Of a DNA stretch of 22,016 nt, positions 1-8,372 are shown piece by piece. The stretch covers positions 1-22,016 of the forward strand of contig JBKPAK010000039.1 in NCBI GenBank assembly GCA_046726415.1, written 5' to 3'. The notes beneath the pieces are model-generated. The model was not told the origin of the DNA and ran no database searches. It saw only the letters and a program-made list of their open reading frames with translations. Made by a program: the position numbers and the translations under genes. Each line of letters begins with the position of its first letter. Within the stretch, counting starts at the first letter, position 1. The DNA is from Candidatus Methylomirabilota bacterium. Lineage in GTDB: Bacteria > Methylomirabilota > Methylomirabilia > Rokubacteriales > CSP1-6.

Positions 1-125
1 GGCCACCCGCGGTTCAAGCCGGGGTGACGGAGCCGGGGCGCGCCGCGAACAGGCCACCCGCGGTTCAAGCCGGGGTGACGGAGCCGGGGCGCGCCGCGAA
101 CAGGCCACCCGCGGTTCAAGCCGGG
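1..125. repeat. Exact 51-bp tandem repeat (2 full copies plus a 23-bp partial copy; may extend left of the window)
   Basis: Unit GGCCACCCGCGGTTCAAGCCGGGGTGACGGAGCCGGGGCGCGCCGCGAACA at 1-51 and 52-102, partial at 103-125. No variable spacers. Confidence 0.95.
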
Positions 126-141
126 CAGGCGCTCCGATACA

Positions 142-1029
142 GTGACCACGATTTTCGGCGTCCCCATCCAGGCGCTGTTCGGTCAGCTCCTCATCGGGCT
201 GATCAACGGTTCCTTCTACGCCATGCTCAGCCTGGGGCTCTCCGTCATCTTCGGGCTGCTCAACATCATCAACTTCACCCACGGCGCCCAGTACATGATG
301 GGCGCGTTCGTCGCCTACTTTCTCTTCACCTGGGCGGGCCTCGGCTACTGGTGGGCGCTCATCGTGGCGCCGCTGGTGGTCGGGGTCCTCGGCCTCGCCA
401 TCGAGCGCACGATGCTGCAGCGCCTCTACAAGCTCGACCACCTTTACGGGCTCTTGCTGACGTTTGGTTGCGCCCTGGTCATCCAGGGCCTCTTCCGCCA
501 CGAGTTCGGCTCGTCGGGGCTCCCGTACGCGATACCCGCCCAGCTCACCGGCGGCCAGAATCTCGGTTTCATGTTTCTGCCGAACTACCGGGCGTGGGTC
601 ATCGTCTTCTCGCTCACCGTTTGCCTGGCGACGTGGTACGTCATCGAGCGGACCAAGCTCGGGGCCTATCTGCGCGCGGCGACGGAAAACCCGACCTTGG
701 TGCAAGCCTTCGGCATCAACGTGCCGCGGATGATCACCCTGACCTATGGTTTCGGCGTCGCGCTGGCCGGGCTGGCTGGCGTGCTGGCCGCGCCCATCTA
801 CCAGGTGAACCCGCTCATGGGCGCCGACCTCATCATCGTCGTCTTCGCGGTGGTGGTGATCGGGGGCCTGGGCTCCATCATGGGTTCGATCGCCACCGGA
901 TTCGCCCTGGGGTTGGTGGAGGGACTCACCAAGGTCTTCTATCCCGAGGCCTCGAACACCGTGATCTTCGTGATTATGGCCGTGGTGCTGCTCGTGAAGC
1001 CTTCCGGTCTCTTTGGGCGGGCCGCGTGA
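142..1029 (+). CDS. livH: Branched-chain amino acid-type ABC transporter permease (LivH family)
   Basis: 295 aa, GTG start, hydrophobic; motifs GLINGSFYAMLSLGLSVIFG..INFTHG, TKLGAYLRA, VVIGGLGS. Confidence 0.92.
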   Translation: MTTIFGVPIQALFGQLLIGLINGSFYAMLSLGLSVIFGLLNIINFTHGAQYMMGAFVAYFLFTWAGLGYWWALIVAPLVVGVLGLAIERTMLQRLYKLDHLYGLLLTFGCALVIQGLFRHEFGSSGLPYAIPAQLTGGQNLGFMFLPNYRAWVIVFSLTVCLATWYVIERTKLGAYLRAATENPTLVQAFGINVPRMITLTYGFGVALAGLAGVLAAPIYQVNPLMGADLIIVVFAVVVIGGLGSIMGSIATGFALGLVEGLTKVFYPEASNTVIFVIMAVVLLVKPSGLFGRAA

Positions 1030-2006
1030 CGATCACGGCCAAGTCCTACGTCGAGGCCGCCGCCACCGTCACCGCGACGCCTGTCCTGCGCCATCAAGTC
1101 GTCGCGTTCGCGGCGATGGTGGCGTTCTTCGTGGCCGCGCCGTATTTCGTCTACCCGGTATTCCTGATGAAGGCCCTGTGCTTCGCCCTCTTCGCCTGTG
1201 CCTTCAACCTCCTCATCGGGTACGTGGGGCTCTTGTCATTCGGCCACGCCGTGTTCCTCGGCGCGGCAGGGTACGCCACCGCGCACTCCGCAAAGCTCTG
1301 GGGGGTTCCCCCCGAGGTGGCCATCCTGTTCGGCGTCCTGGTGGCCTCGACCCTCGGCATCGCCATCGGCGCCCTCGCGATCCGAAGTCGCGGGATCTAT
1401 TTCGCGAACATCACCTTGGCTTTCGCGCAGATGGTCTACTTCTTCTGCCTGCAGGCCACGTTTACCGGTGGCGAGGACGGGATCCAGGCCGTGCCCCGCG
1501 GAGTGTTGCTGGGGATCCTCGATCTCCGGCACACCATGGCCATGTATTTCACGGTACTGGCCGTCTTTCTGCTCGGCTTCCTGATCGTGTATCGCGCCAT
1601 CCACTCTCCCTTCGGGCAGGTTCTCAAGGCCATCCGCGAGAACGAGCCGAGGGCGGTATCACTCGGCTACCAGGCGGAACACTACAAGCTGATCGCCTTC
1701 GTCCTGTCCGCCACCCTGGCCGGGCTGGCCGGCGGCACCAAGGCTATCGTGTTTCAACTGGCCTCGCTCACCGACGTCCACTGGACGATGTCGGGCGAGG
1801 TGGTGCTCATGACGCTCTTGGGCGGGCTCGGCACGGTCTTTGGACCCGTCGTCGGCGCGCTGGTGCTCATTACGCTCGAGCACTACCTGGCCCAACTCGG
1901 CGCGTGGTTCACCGTCGCGCAGGGGGTCATCTTCATCATCTGCGTCCTCACCTTCCGTCGCGGTATCGTCGGAGAGCTGGGGCACCTCATCAGAAGGCCC
2001 CTGTGA
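1026..2006 (+). CDS. livM: Branched-chain amino acid-type ABC transporter permease (LivM family)
   Basis: Real 3' part of track ORF 24..2006. GTG at 1026 overlaps the livH stop (GTGA). Motifs NLLIGYVGLLSFGHA, GIYFANITLAF, TGGEDG, SPFGQVLKAIRENE, LLGGLG. Confidence 0.9.
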   Translation: MTITAKSYVEAAATVTATPVLRHQVVAFAAMVAFFVAAPYFVYPVFLMKALCFALFACAFNLLIGYVGLLSFGHAVFLGAAGYATAHSAKLWGVPPEVAILFGVLVASTLGIAIGALAIRSRGIYFANITLAFAQMVYFFCLQATFTGGEDGIQAVPRGVLLGILDLRHTMAMYFTVLAVFLLGFLIVYRAIHSPFGQVLKAIRENEPRAVSLGYQAEHYKLIAFVLSATLAGLAGGTKAIVFQLASLTDVHWTMSGEVVLMTLLGGLGTVFGPVVGALVLITLEHYLAQLGAWFTVAQGVIFIICVLTFRRGIVGELGHLIRRPL

Positions 2007-2017
2007 GCGGAGGCGTC

Positions 2018-2800
2018 ATGGCCCACCTGGATATCCTCTACGGGAAGAAGGACGGTATCGCCTGGATCACCATCAACCGCCCGGAGGTGCGCAATGCCTT
2101 CCGGACGCGCACCGTGCGCGAGCTGACCGAAGCCTTCGAGGACGCCAAGTTCGATCCGACGGTGGGCGTCGTCGTGCTCACGGGAGCCGGCGACAAGGCC
2201 TTCTGTGCGGGAGGCGACCAGAAGGAGCGCGGGCAGGAGGGCTACGCCCGCGACGAACGACCGATGGACGTCGATGCGCTCCATAATGCCATCCGCCGCA
2301 TCCCCAAGCCGGTGATCGCCATGGTCAACGGATTTGCCATCGGGGGCGGCCACGTGCTTCATGTGCTCTGCGATCTTTCGATCGCCTCCGAGACGGCCAT
2401 CTTCGGGCAGACCGGGCCCCGCGTGGGGAGTGTCGACGCCGGCTTTGGTACCGGCTACCTGGCCCGCGTCGTCGGGGAGAAGCGGGCCCGCGAGATCTGG
2501 TACATGTGCCGCCAGTACACGGCCCAGGAGGCCCTGGCCATGGGGCTGGTCAACAAGGTCGTGCCCCTGAAGGAGTTGCGGCGGGAAGTCGAGACGTGGT
2601 GCGCAGAGCTGCTCGCGAAGAGCCCCACCGCCCTCGCCCTGGCCAAGCAGTCGTTCAACATCGACTCCGAGCAGCGGGCCGGCGTATCGGAGTTCGCCCA
2701 CACCGCGCTCAACCTGTACTACCAGACCGAGGAGGCCATGGAGGGACGCAACGCCTTCGTGGAGAAGCGCCCCGTGAACTTCCGGAAGTTCCGCACGTAA
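2018..2800 (+). CDS. menB: Crotonase-fold enzyme of the 1,4-dihydroxy-2-naphthoyl-CoA synthase (MenB) / 2-ketocyclohexanecarboxyl-CoA hydrolase (BadI) clade
   Basis: 260 aa from ATG 2018 with GGAGG upstream. Motifs ITINRPEVRNAF, AFCAGGDQ, PKPVIAMVNGFAIGGGHVLH, FGQTGPRVGSVD, AREIWYMCRQY, EGRNAF. MenB versus BadI is unresolved. Confidence 0.75.
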   Translation: MAHLDILYGKKDGIAWITINRPEVRNAFRTRTVRELTEAFEDAKFDPTVGVVVLTGAGDKAFCAGGDQKERGQEGYARDERPMDVDALHNAIRRIPKPVIAMVNGFAIGGGHVLHVLCDLSIASETAIFGQTGPRVGSVDAGFGTGYLARVVGEKRAREIWYMCRQYTAQEALAMGLVNKVVPLKELRREVETWCAELLAKSPTALALAKQSFNIDSEQRAGVSEFAHTALNLYYQTEEAMEGRNAFVEKRPVNFRKFRT

Positions 2801-2858
2801 CGTCCGGTCAGGAAGGAGCCACTCTTCCGAGATCGACAAGGTAAAGGTACTGGCCGCG

Positions 2859-3431
2859 ATGACGAACAGCGCGTTGACGCACCGGGTGTCCGGTTGGCGC
2901 ACGCTCGGAGTCCTGGCGCTGGTGCTGCTGGCCTTGCCCGCGGCGGCAGAGGTCTTGAGTCTGGAGTCGCTTCGCAACGCCGAGTACGCGTCTGCGTGGA
3001 CGGCCTCGGGTCGCGCTCCACTGCGGGACGGGCAGTACCGCGAACCGGCGGCACCCGGCTCGGTGACCGAGGTCCGCGTGTCGGTGCTCGACCTGGTCGC
3101 TTCATGGAGTCAGGGCGGCACGCGCTACGCAGCCGTTGTTCTCGCCACCGACCCGGGTGGTTCCGGGACCTTCTACGACCTGGCCGTCGTGGAGGCCAGA
3201 GCCGGTCGCGCGGTCCACCTGACCAGCACTGAGTTGGGGGATCGCGTCCGCGTCGAATCCCTGACGGTGAGGCCGGAAGCTGATCGCGCGGAGCTGGACG
3301 TCGGTCTCGTTGGCCATGCATCGGGGGACCCACAGTGCTGCCCAACCCGTCGTGTGACGCGAAGGTTTCGCTGGACCGGGGGGTCTCTCAGGCCCGTCGG
3401 CGGAGCGACGGGACCCTTTTTCTACTTCTGA
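2859..3431 (+). CDS. Secreted hypothetical protein (possibly LppP/LprE-like beta domain)
   Basis: 190 aa; Sec-type signal (VLALVLLALPAAA|E); conserved-looking motifs GGSGTFYDLAVV, LGDRVRV, DPQCCPT. Fills the gap between co-oriented genes. Confidence 0.75.
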   Translation: MTNSALTHRVSGWRTLGVLALVLLALPAAAEVLSLESLRNAEYASAWTASGRAPLRDGQYREPAAPGSVTEVRVSVLDLVASWSQGGTRYAAVVLATDPGGSGTFYDLAVVEARAGRAVHLTSTELGDRVRVESLTVRPEADRAELDVGLVGHASGDPQCCPTRRVTRRFRWTGGSLRPVGGATGPFFYF

Positions 3432-3446
3432 TCTCGGAGGCGCGCA

Positions 3447-4292
3447 ATGAACCGATGGAGCGGCAGGCAGGTCGTTCGGCGCGCTGCCACAATGGTGGCG
3501 CTCGTCCTCATGCTGGTGTTCCTCGCCGGGTGTGCGACGACCGGCAAGAAGTCCTCCGCCTCTCCGACCCTGTCTCGAATCCAGGCGAAGCGCGAGTTGC
3601 TGGTGGGGACGGCGGGGAGCATGCCGCCCCTGAACATGACGACGAAGAACGGCGAGGTCATCGGATTCGAGATCGACCTGGCGCGCGCCATGGCCGAGGC
3701 CATGAACGTCAAGTTGCGTCTGGCGACCATGCCGTTCAGCGACCTGCTGCCCGCGCTCGAGGCCGACCAGATCGACATGATCATGTCCGGGATGACCATC
3801 ACCCCGGAACGGAATCTCCGGGTGGCCTTCGTGGGGCCGTACTTCATCTCCGGCAAGTCGTTTCTCACCAAGGCGACGACGATGGCCTCGGTGAAGGGTA
3901 CGGCAGACCTGAACGATCCCGGCATGCGACTGGCCGCCCTGCGCGCCTCGACGAGTCAGGCGTTCGTGGAGCGGGTTGCCCCCAAGGCCACGTTCTTGCC
4001 GATCCGAGACTACGACGAGGGGATCAGTCTGGTGCTGCAAGACAAAGCGGACGCGATGATCGCCGACTTCCCGGTGTGTGTCTTCTCCGTGTTCCGGTAT
4101 CCCGATCGCGGACTCTTCGCGGCCGTGGACCCTTTCACCCACGAGCCCATCGGCATCGCCTTGTCGAAGAACGACCCCTTGTTGGAGAACTGGACCCGGA
4201 ACTGGCTACAGGGCCTCCAGTCGAGCGGCGCCCTCGACCGCATGCGGGACCGCTGGTTCAAGGACGCCTCCTGGCTCGGAAGACTGCCGTGA
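3447..4292 (+). CDS. Polar amino acid ABC transporter substrate-binding lipoprotein (family 3)
   Basis: 281 aa; GGAGG RBS; lipobox LAGC; motifs LSRIQAKRELLVG, GEVIGFEIDLA, IDMIMSGMTITPERN, DRWF. Confidence 0.9.
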   Translation: MNRWSGRQVVRRAATMVALVLMLVFLAGCATTGKKSSASPTLSRIQAKRELLVGTAGSMPPLNMTTKNGEVIGFEIDLARAMAEAMNVKLRLATMPFSDLLPALEADQIDMIMSGMTITPERNLRVAFVGPYFISGKSFLTKATTMASVKGTADLNDPGMRLAALRASTSQAFVERVAPKATFLPIRDYDEGISLVLQDKADAMIADFPVCVFSVFRYPDRGLFAAVDPFTHEPIGIALSKNDPLLENWTRNWLQGLQSSGALDRMRDRWFKDASWLGRLP

Positions 4293-4542
4293 CGCGGCAG
4301 AGCGTTCGATCCATCAGCGTCCTGGTCGAGCGCGAAACCTTCTCGCTGCGCGACGGCGCCCTCACCTGGTCGACCTCCGATGGGGGCGCGGTTCTCTGCT
4401 TGCTCTTCCTTGGCGACGGCCGCCGTGCCTTGAAACTGGACGCCAGGGGGCCACCGGACCCCGTTCCCGGGCGGCCCGGCCTCGAGCCTGACCGTCCGGT
4501 GGCTCGTTCCGAGCCTCGGAGATGCGTCGTAAGTATCGTGAA

Positions 4543-4561
4543 GTCAAGCCGAATCCTTGAC
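4543..4561. promoter_or_regulatory. Candidate operator: inverted repeat overlapping the -35 box
   Basis: GTCAAG-N7-CTTGAC. Confidence 0.35.
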
Positions 4562-4585
4562 ACGCCGCCGTGCCGTCATTACACT
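4557..4585 (+). promoter_or_regulatory. Sigma70-type promoter
   Basis: TTGACA (4557-4562), 17-bp spacer, TACACT (4580-4585), about 70 bp upstream of the first ligase start. Confidence 0.75.
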
Positions 4586-4656
4586 CCAGCCACCCTGTTC
4601 CACCTACGAGACCCCGAGCCGGCCGGGAGCGTCGTCGGGAGGTTCGCAGCGAATCG

Positions 4657-6648
4657 ATGGCAACGAGGCCGACCCCTGGGTATGCGACGGTGCCGCCGGC
4701 GTCGGCCGTCCTCGACCCCGAGCGCGACACGTTCCCCAAGCTGGTTCGCCTGAACGCGGATCGCATTCCCCACCAGATCGCCATCCGGGAGAAGAAGTTC
4801 GGCATCTGGCAGTCGCACACCTGGCGGGACTACCTCGAGGAGAGCCGCCTGATCGGTCTGGGACTGGCGTCCCTCGGGTTCGCCCGGGGTGACAAGGTCG
4901 CCATCATCGGTGACAACCGACCCGAGTTGTACTGGGCCGTGGCGGCATGTCAGGGGCTCGGCGGCGTGCCCGTCCCCCTCTATCAGGACTCCATCGAGAA
5001 GGAGATGCAGTACATCGTCGATCACGCGGAAGTCCGCTTTGCCATGGTCGAGGACCAGGAGCAGGTGGACAAGCTCTTGCGTGTCGGGGCGCAGTGCCCG
5101 CGCCTGGAGTGGATCGTGTACGAGGACCCGCGTGGGATGCGGCGATATCGCGAACCCCGCCTGTTGAGCCTGTCCGCGCTGCAAGAGCGGGGTCGGGTCT
5201 TCGGTGCGGCCCATCCCGGTCACTTCAAGGCCGAAGCGGACAAGGGCACGGCCGACGACGTCGCGATCATCTGCTACACGTCGGGCACGACCGGGGCGCC
5301 CAAGGGCGCCATCCTTTCCCATCGCAACCTGATCGTGACCGCGACGAACGCCGCCCGCGTGGAGGAACTTCGGAGCGATGAGGAGATCCTCTCCTACTTG
5401 CCGATGGGCTGGGTGGGCGACCACATCTTCTCGTACGCTCAGTCGATCATCGTGGGCTTCACGGCGAACTGCCCCGAGAGCCCGGCCACCGTCCTCTCGG
5501 ACCTCAAGGAGATCGGGCCGACCTACTTCTTCGCGCCGCCGCGGATCTGGGAGAACATCCTCACCAACGTCATGATCCGCATCGAGGACGCGGCGTGGCC
5601 GAGGCGCAGGCTCGTCCGCTTCTTCCTCGATCTCGCGCAGGATCTGGAGCGCCGCCGGCTGGCCGGCCGGCCGACCACGTCCTGGCGCTGGCTACTGCTT
5701 CCCCTCGGCGAGTTGCTGGTCTACGGGCCGCTGCGCGACAACCTCGGGATGCGGCGCATCCGTCGCGCCTACACGGCCGGCGAAGCCATCGGTCCCGAGA
5801 TCTTCGTCTTTTTCCGGGGCATCGGCGTCAACGTCAAGCAGCTCTACGGCATGACCGAGGCCAGCGTCTTCATCTCCATCCAGAAGGACGGCGACGTCCG
5901 GCTGGACACCGTGGGCACGCCCATCCCGGAGGTCGAGATCGAGATCTCCCCGGAGGGCGAGGTGCTCTACCGGAGTCCGGGAGTCTTCCACGGGTACTTC
6001 AAGAACCCCGAGGCTACGCGCCAGACCATCGAGGACGGCTGGGTGCACTCGGGCGACGCGGGTTTTCTCGACGACGCGGGGCACCTGAAGATCATCGACC
6101 GGGCGCGCGACGTGAGCCGGCTAGCCGACTACACCATGTTCGCCCCCAAGTATCTGGAGAACAAGCTGAAATTCTCACCGTACGTCAAGGAGGCCGTGTG
6201 CATTGGGCAGGGGCGTCCGTACGTGACGGCGCTCGTCAACATCGATCTGGCCGCCGTGGGGAACTGGGCGGAGCGCGGGGGCGTTGCGTACACGAGCTAC
6301 ACGGACCTCAGCCAGAAGCCCGAGGTCTCCGACCTCGTCCAGCACGAGGTCGACCGGGTCAACCGTAGTCTGCTCGACGATGACGTGATGCGAGGCGCGC
6401 AGATCCGAAAGTTTCTTATCCTGCATAAGGAACTCGATCCGGACGACGAGGAGATCACGCGGACGCGCAAGGTCCGCCGAGGGTACATCGCCCAGAAGTA
6501 TGCGGGCCTCATCGACGCGCTCTACGGCGAGCAGGATCACGTCGAGGTCGAGGCCAAGGTGACGTACGAGGACGGGCGCATCGCCACCGTTCGCGCCAAC
6601 GTGAAGATCCGGACGGTGGCCCCCGCCATGTTTCAGGAGGTCCGGTGA
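4657..6648 (+). CDS. Long-chain-fatty-acid-CoA ligase-like AMP-binding enzyme (cassette A)
   Basis: Motifs YTSGTTGAPKG, YGMTE, WVHSGDAG, IIDRARD, EITRTRKVRR. ATG 4657 preferred over the track start 4570, which lies inside the promoter. Confidence 0.92.
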   Translation: MATRPTPGYATVPPASAVLDPERDTFPKLVRLNADRIPHQIAIREKKFGIWQSHTWRDYLEESRLIGLGLASLGFARGDKVAIIGDNRPELYWAVAACQGLGGVPVPLYQDSIEKEMQYIVDHAEVRFAMVEDQEQVDKLLRVGAQCPRLEWIVYEDPRGMRRYREPRLLSLSALQERGRVFGAAHPGHFKAEADKGTADDVAIICYTSGTTGAPKGAILSHRNLIVTATNAARVEELRSDEEILSYLPMGWVGDHIFSYAQSIIVGFTANCPESPATVLSDLKEIGPTYFFAPPRIWENILTNVMIRIEDAAWPRRRLVRFFLDLAQDLERRRLAGRPTTSWRWLLLPLGELLVYGPLRDNLGMRRIRRAYTAGEAIGPEIFVFFRGIGVNVKQLYGMTEASVFISIQKDGDVRLDTVGTPIPEVEIEISPEGEVLYRSPGVFHGYFKNPEATRQTIEDGWVHSGDAGFLDDAGHLKIIDRARDVSRLADYTMFAPKYLENKLKFSPYVKEAVCIGQGRPYVTALVNIDLAAVGNWAERGGVAYTSYTDLSQKPEVSDLVQHEVDRVNRSLLDDDVMRGAQIRKFLILHKELDPDDEEITRTRKVRRGYIAQKYAGLIDALYGEQDHVEVEAKVTYEDGRIATVRANVKIRTVAPAMFQEVR

Positions 6649-7433
6649 GTCGATCGGATGCCGCCAGCCCGCTGCTGGAAGTCCAGGAGATCACCGTCCG
6701 TTTCGGAGCGCTCTTCGCCTTGAGCGCGGTCAGCCTCGCGATTCGGCGGGGCGAAGTCCTGGCCATCATCGGCCCCAACGGGGCCGGCAAGACGACCCTC
6801 CTCAATGTCATCAGCGGCTTCTACCATCCCTCGCGCGGGCACATCGTCTTCCAGGGACAGGACCGCACCAACCTCCGGCCCCCGGACGTGGCCGCGCTCG
6901 GGATTGCCCGCACCTTCCAGAACGTCGCTCTCTTCAAAGGCATGAGCGTGCTCGACAACATCATGACCGGCCGCAATCTCCACATGCGGGGCAGCTTCGT
7001 GTGGGAGGCGGCCTACTGGGGCCCCGCGCAGAGGCAGGAGCTGGCGCACCGCGCGGCGGCCGAGCGGGTCATCGACTTTCTGGGTATCCAGGCGATCCGC
7101 AAGACCCCGGCCGGTCGCCTTCCCTACGGACTGCAGAAGCGCGTGGAGCTGGGACGGGCCCTGGCCGCCGAGCCGAAGCTCCTGCTCCTGGATGAGCCGA
7201 TGGCGGGAATGAACGTCGAGGAGAAGGAAGACATGTGCAGCTTCATCCTCGACGTCAACGAGGAGTTCGGCACCACCATCGCCCTCATCGAGCACGACAT
7301 GGGCGTGGTGATGGACATCTCTGACCGCGTGGCCGTGCTCGACTACGGCCGCAAGATCGCCGAGGGGTCGCCCGAGCAGGTGCGCAAGGATCCCGCCGTC
7401 ATCGACGCCTACCTCGGCGTCGCCCACGACTGA
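6645..7433 (+). CDS. livG: ABC transporter ATP-binding protein, LivG family (cassette A)
   Basis: Walker A GPNGAGKT, ARTFQN, LPYGLQKRVELGRAL, LLLLDEP, EHDM; GTGA overlap with the ligase. Confidence 0.93.
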   Translation: MSRSDAASPLLEVQEITVRFGALFALSAVSLAIRRGEVLAIIGPNGAGKTTLLNVISGFYHPSRGHIVFQGQDRTNLRPPDVAALGIARTFQNVALFKGMSVLDNIMTGRNLHMRGSFVWEAAYWGPAQRQELAHRAAAERVIDFLGIQAIRKTPAGRLPYGLQKRVELGRALAAEPKLLLLDEPMAGMNVEEKEDMCSFILDVNEEFGTTIALIEHDMGVVMDISDRVAVLDYGRKIAEGSPEQVRKDPAVIDAYLGVAHD

Positions 7434-7436
7434 TCG

Positions 7437-8372
7437 ATGGACGTCCTCTATGCGGTGCTGGTGGCGCCCTTCGTGGACATGGTGACCAGCCCGCTCTTCT
7501 TCGTCGAGGTGCTGGCGGGCGGGATCGCCGCCGGCCTCATGTACTCGCTAGTGGCGCTCGGCTTCGTGCTGATCTTCAAGGCCTCTGGCGTCTTCAACTT
7601 TGCCCAGGGCGTCATGGTGTTGTTCGCGGCCCTGACCCTGGTGGGGCTCATGGAGCGCGGGGTCCCGGTGGCGCTGGCCCTCGTGCTCACGGCGGCGGTG
7701 ATGGTCGCCCTCGCCTTCGGCATCGAACGCCTGGTGCTGCGGCCGCTCGTCAACCAGGAACACATCGTCCTGTTCATGGCCACCATCGGCCTGAACTTCT
7801 TTCTCGAGGGCTTCGGCGAGATGGTGTGGGGCGCCAACGTCAAGAAGCTCGACGTCGGCATCCCCGACCGCTCCTTCCTCGTGGCGGGCGTCCAGGTGAA
7901 CCAGCTCGAGATGTCGGCAGCCCTCACCGCCGGCGTCCTGGTGGCCATCCTCGCTGTGTTCTTCCAGAAGACGCGGGTCGGGCGCGCCCTCCGCGCGGTG
8001 GCCGACGACCACGAGGCGGCGCTGTCCCTAGGCATCGCGCTGAAGACCATCTGGGTCATCGTGTGGTCGGTGGCGGGCCTGGTGGCCATCGTGGCCGGGG
8101 TGATGTGGGGCGCCAAGAGCGGCGTCCAGTTCAGCTTGTCGCTGATCGCCCTAAAGGCGTTGCCCGTGCTCATCCTCGGCGGATTCGAATCGGTGCCGGG
8201 GGCCATCGCAGGTGGGTTGATCATCGGAGTCGGGGAGAAGATCGGCGAAGTCTACTGGGGGCCGCTGGTGGGCGGGGCCATCGAGAACTGGTTCGCCTAC
8301 GCCCTCGCCCTCGTCTTCCTCCTGTTCCGTCCCCAGGGTCTCTTCGGCGAGAAGATCATCGAGCGCGTGTGA
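7437..8372 (+). CDS. livH: ABC transporter permease, LivH family (cassette A)
   Basis: 311 aa; GLMYSLVALGFVLIFKASGVFNFAQG, GRALRAVADD, C-terminal IIERV. Confidence 0.92.
   Translation: MDVLYAVLVAPFVDMVTSPLFFVEVLAGGIAAGLMYSLVALGFVLIFKASGVFNFAQGVMVLFAALTLVGLMERGVPVALALVLTAAVMVALAFGIERLVLRPLVNQEHIVLFMATIGLNFFLEGFGEMVWGANVKKLDVGIPDRSFLVAGVQVNQLEMSAALTAGVLVAILAVFFQKTRVGRALRAVADDHEAALSLGIALKTIWVIVWSVAGLVAIVAGVMWGAKSGVQFSLSLIALKALPVLILGGFESVPGAIAGGLIIGVGEKIGEVYWGPLVGGAIENWFAYALALVFLLFRPQGLFGEKIIERV

Noticed and set aside
1..125. CRISPR array interpretation of the 51-bp repeat (and of the 49-bp repeat at 19206)
   Set aside because: Units are identical and head-to-tail with no unique spacers, and no cas genes are present.
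24..1025. N-terminal half of track ORF 24..2006 as a 660-aa fusion protein
   Set aside because: It is an Arg/Pro-rich off-frame reading over livH; the LivM-like sequence begins at GTG 1026.
1013..2017. Long N-terminal extension of the crotonase
   Set aside because: Off-frame overlap with livM; the RBS and ATG at 2018 give a typical 260-aa enzyme.
4586..4656. Riboswitch in the leader of the first ligase
   Set aside because: The leader is about 65 nt with only tiny stems and no aptamer consensus that I recognise.
3335..4753. 472-aa + strand ORF
   Set aside because: It overlaps three real genes and a promoter, and its Arg-rich composition is typical of GC-rich shadow frames.
7826..8371. N-terminal extension of cassette A LivM
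   Set aside because: Off-frame reading of livH; the paralog at 15397 starts at the equivalent MIxRE motif.
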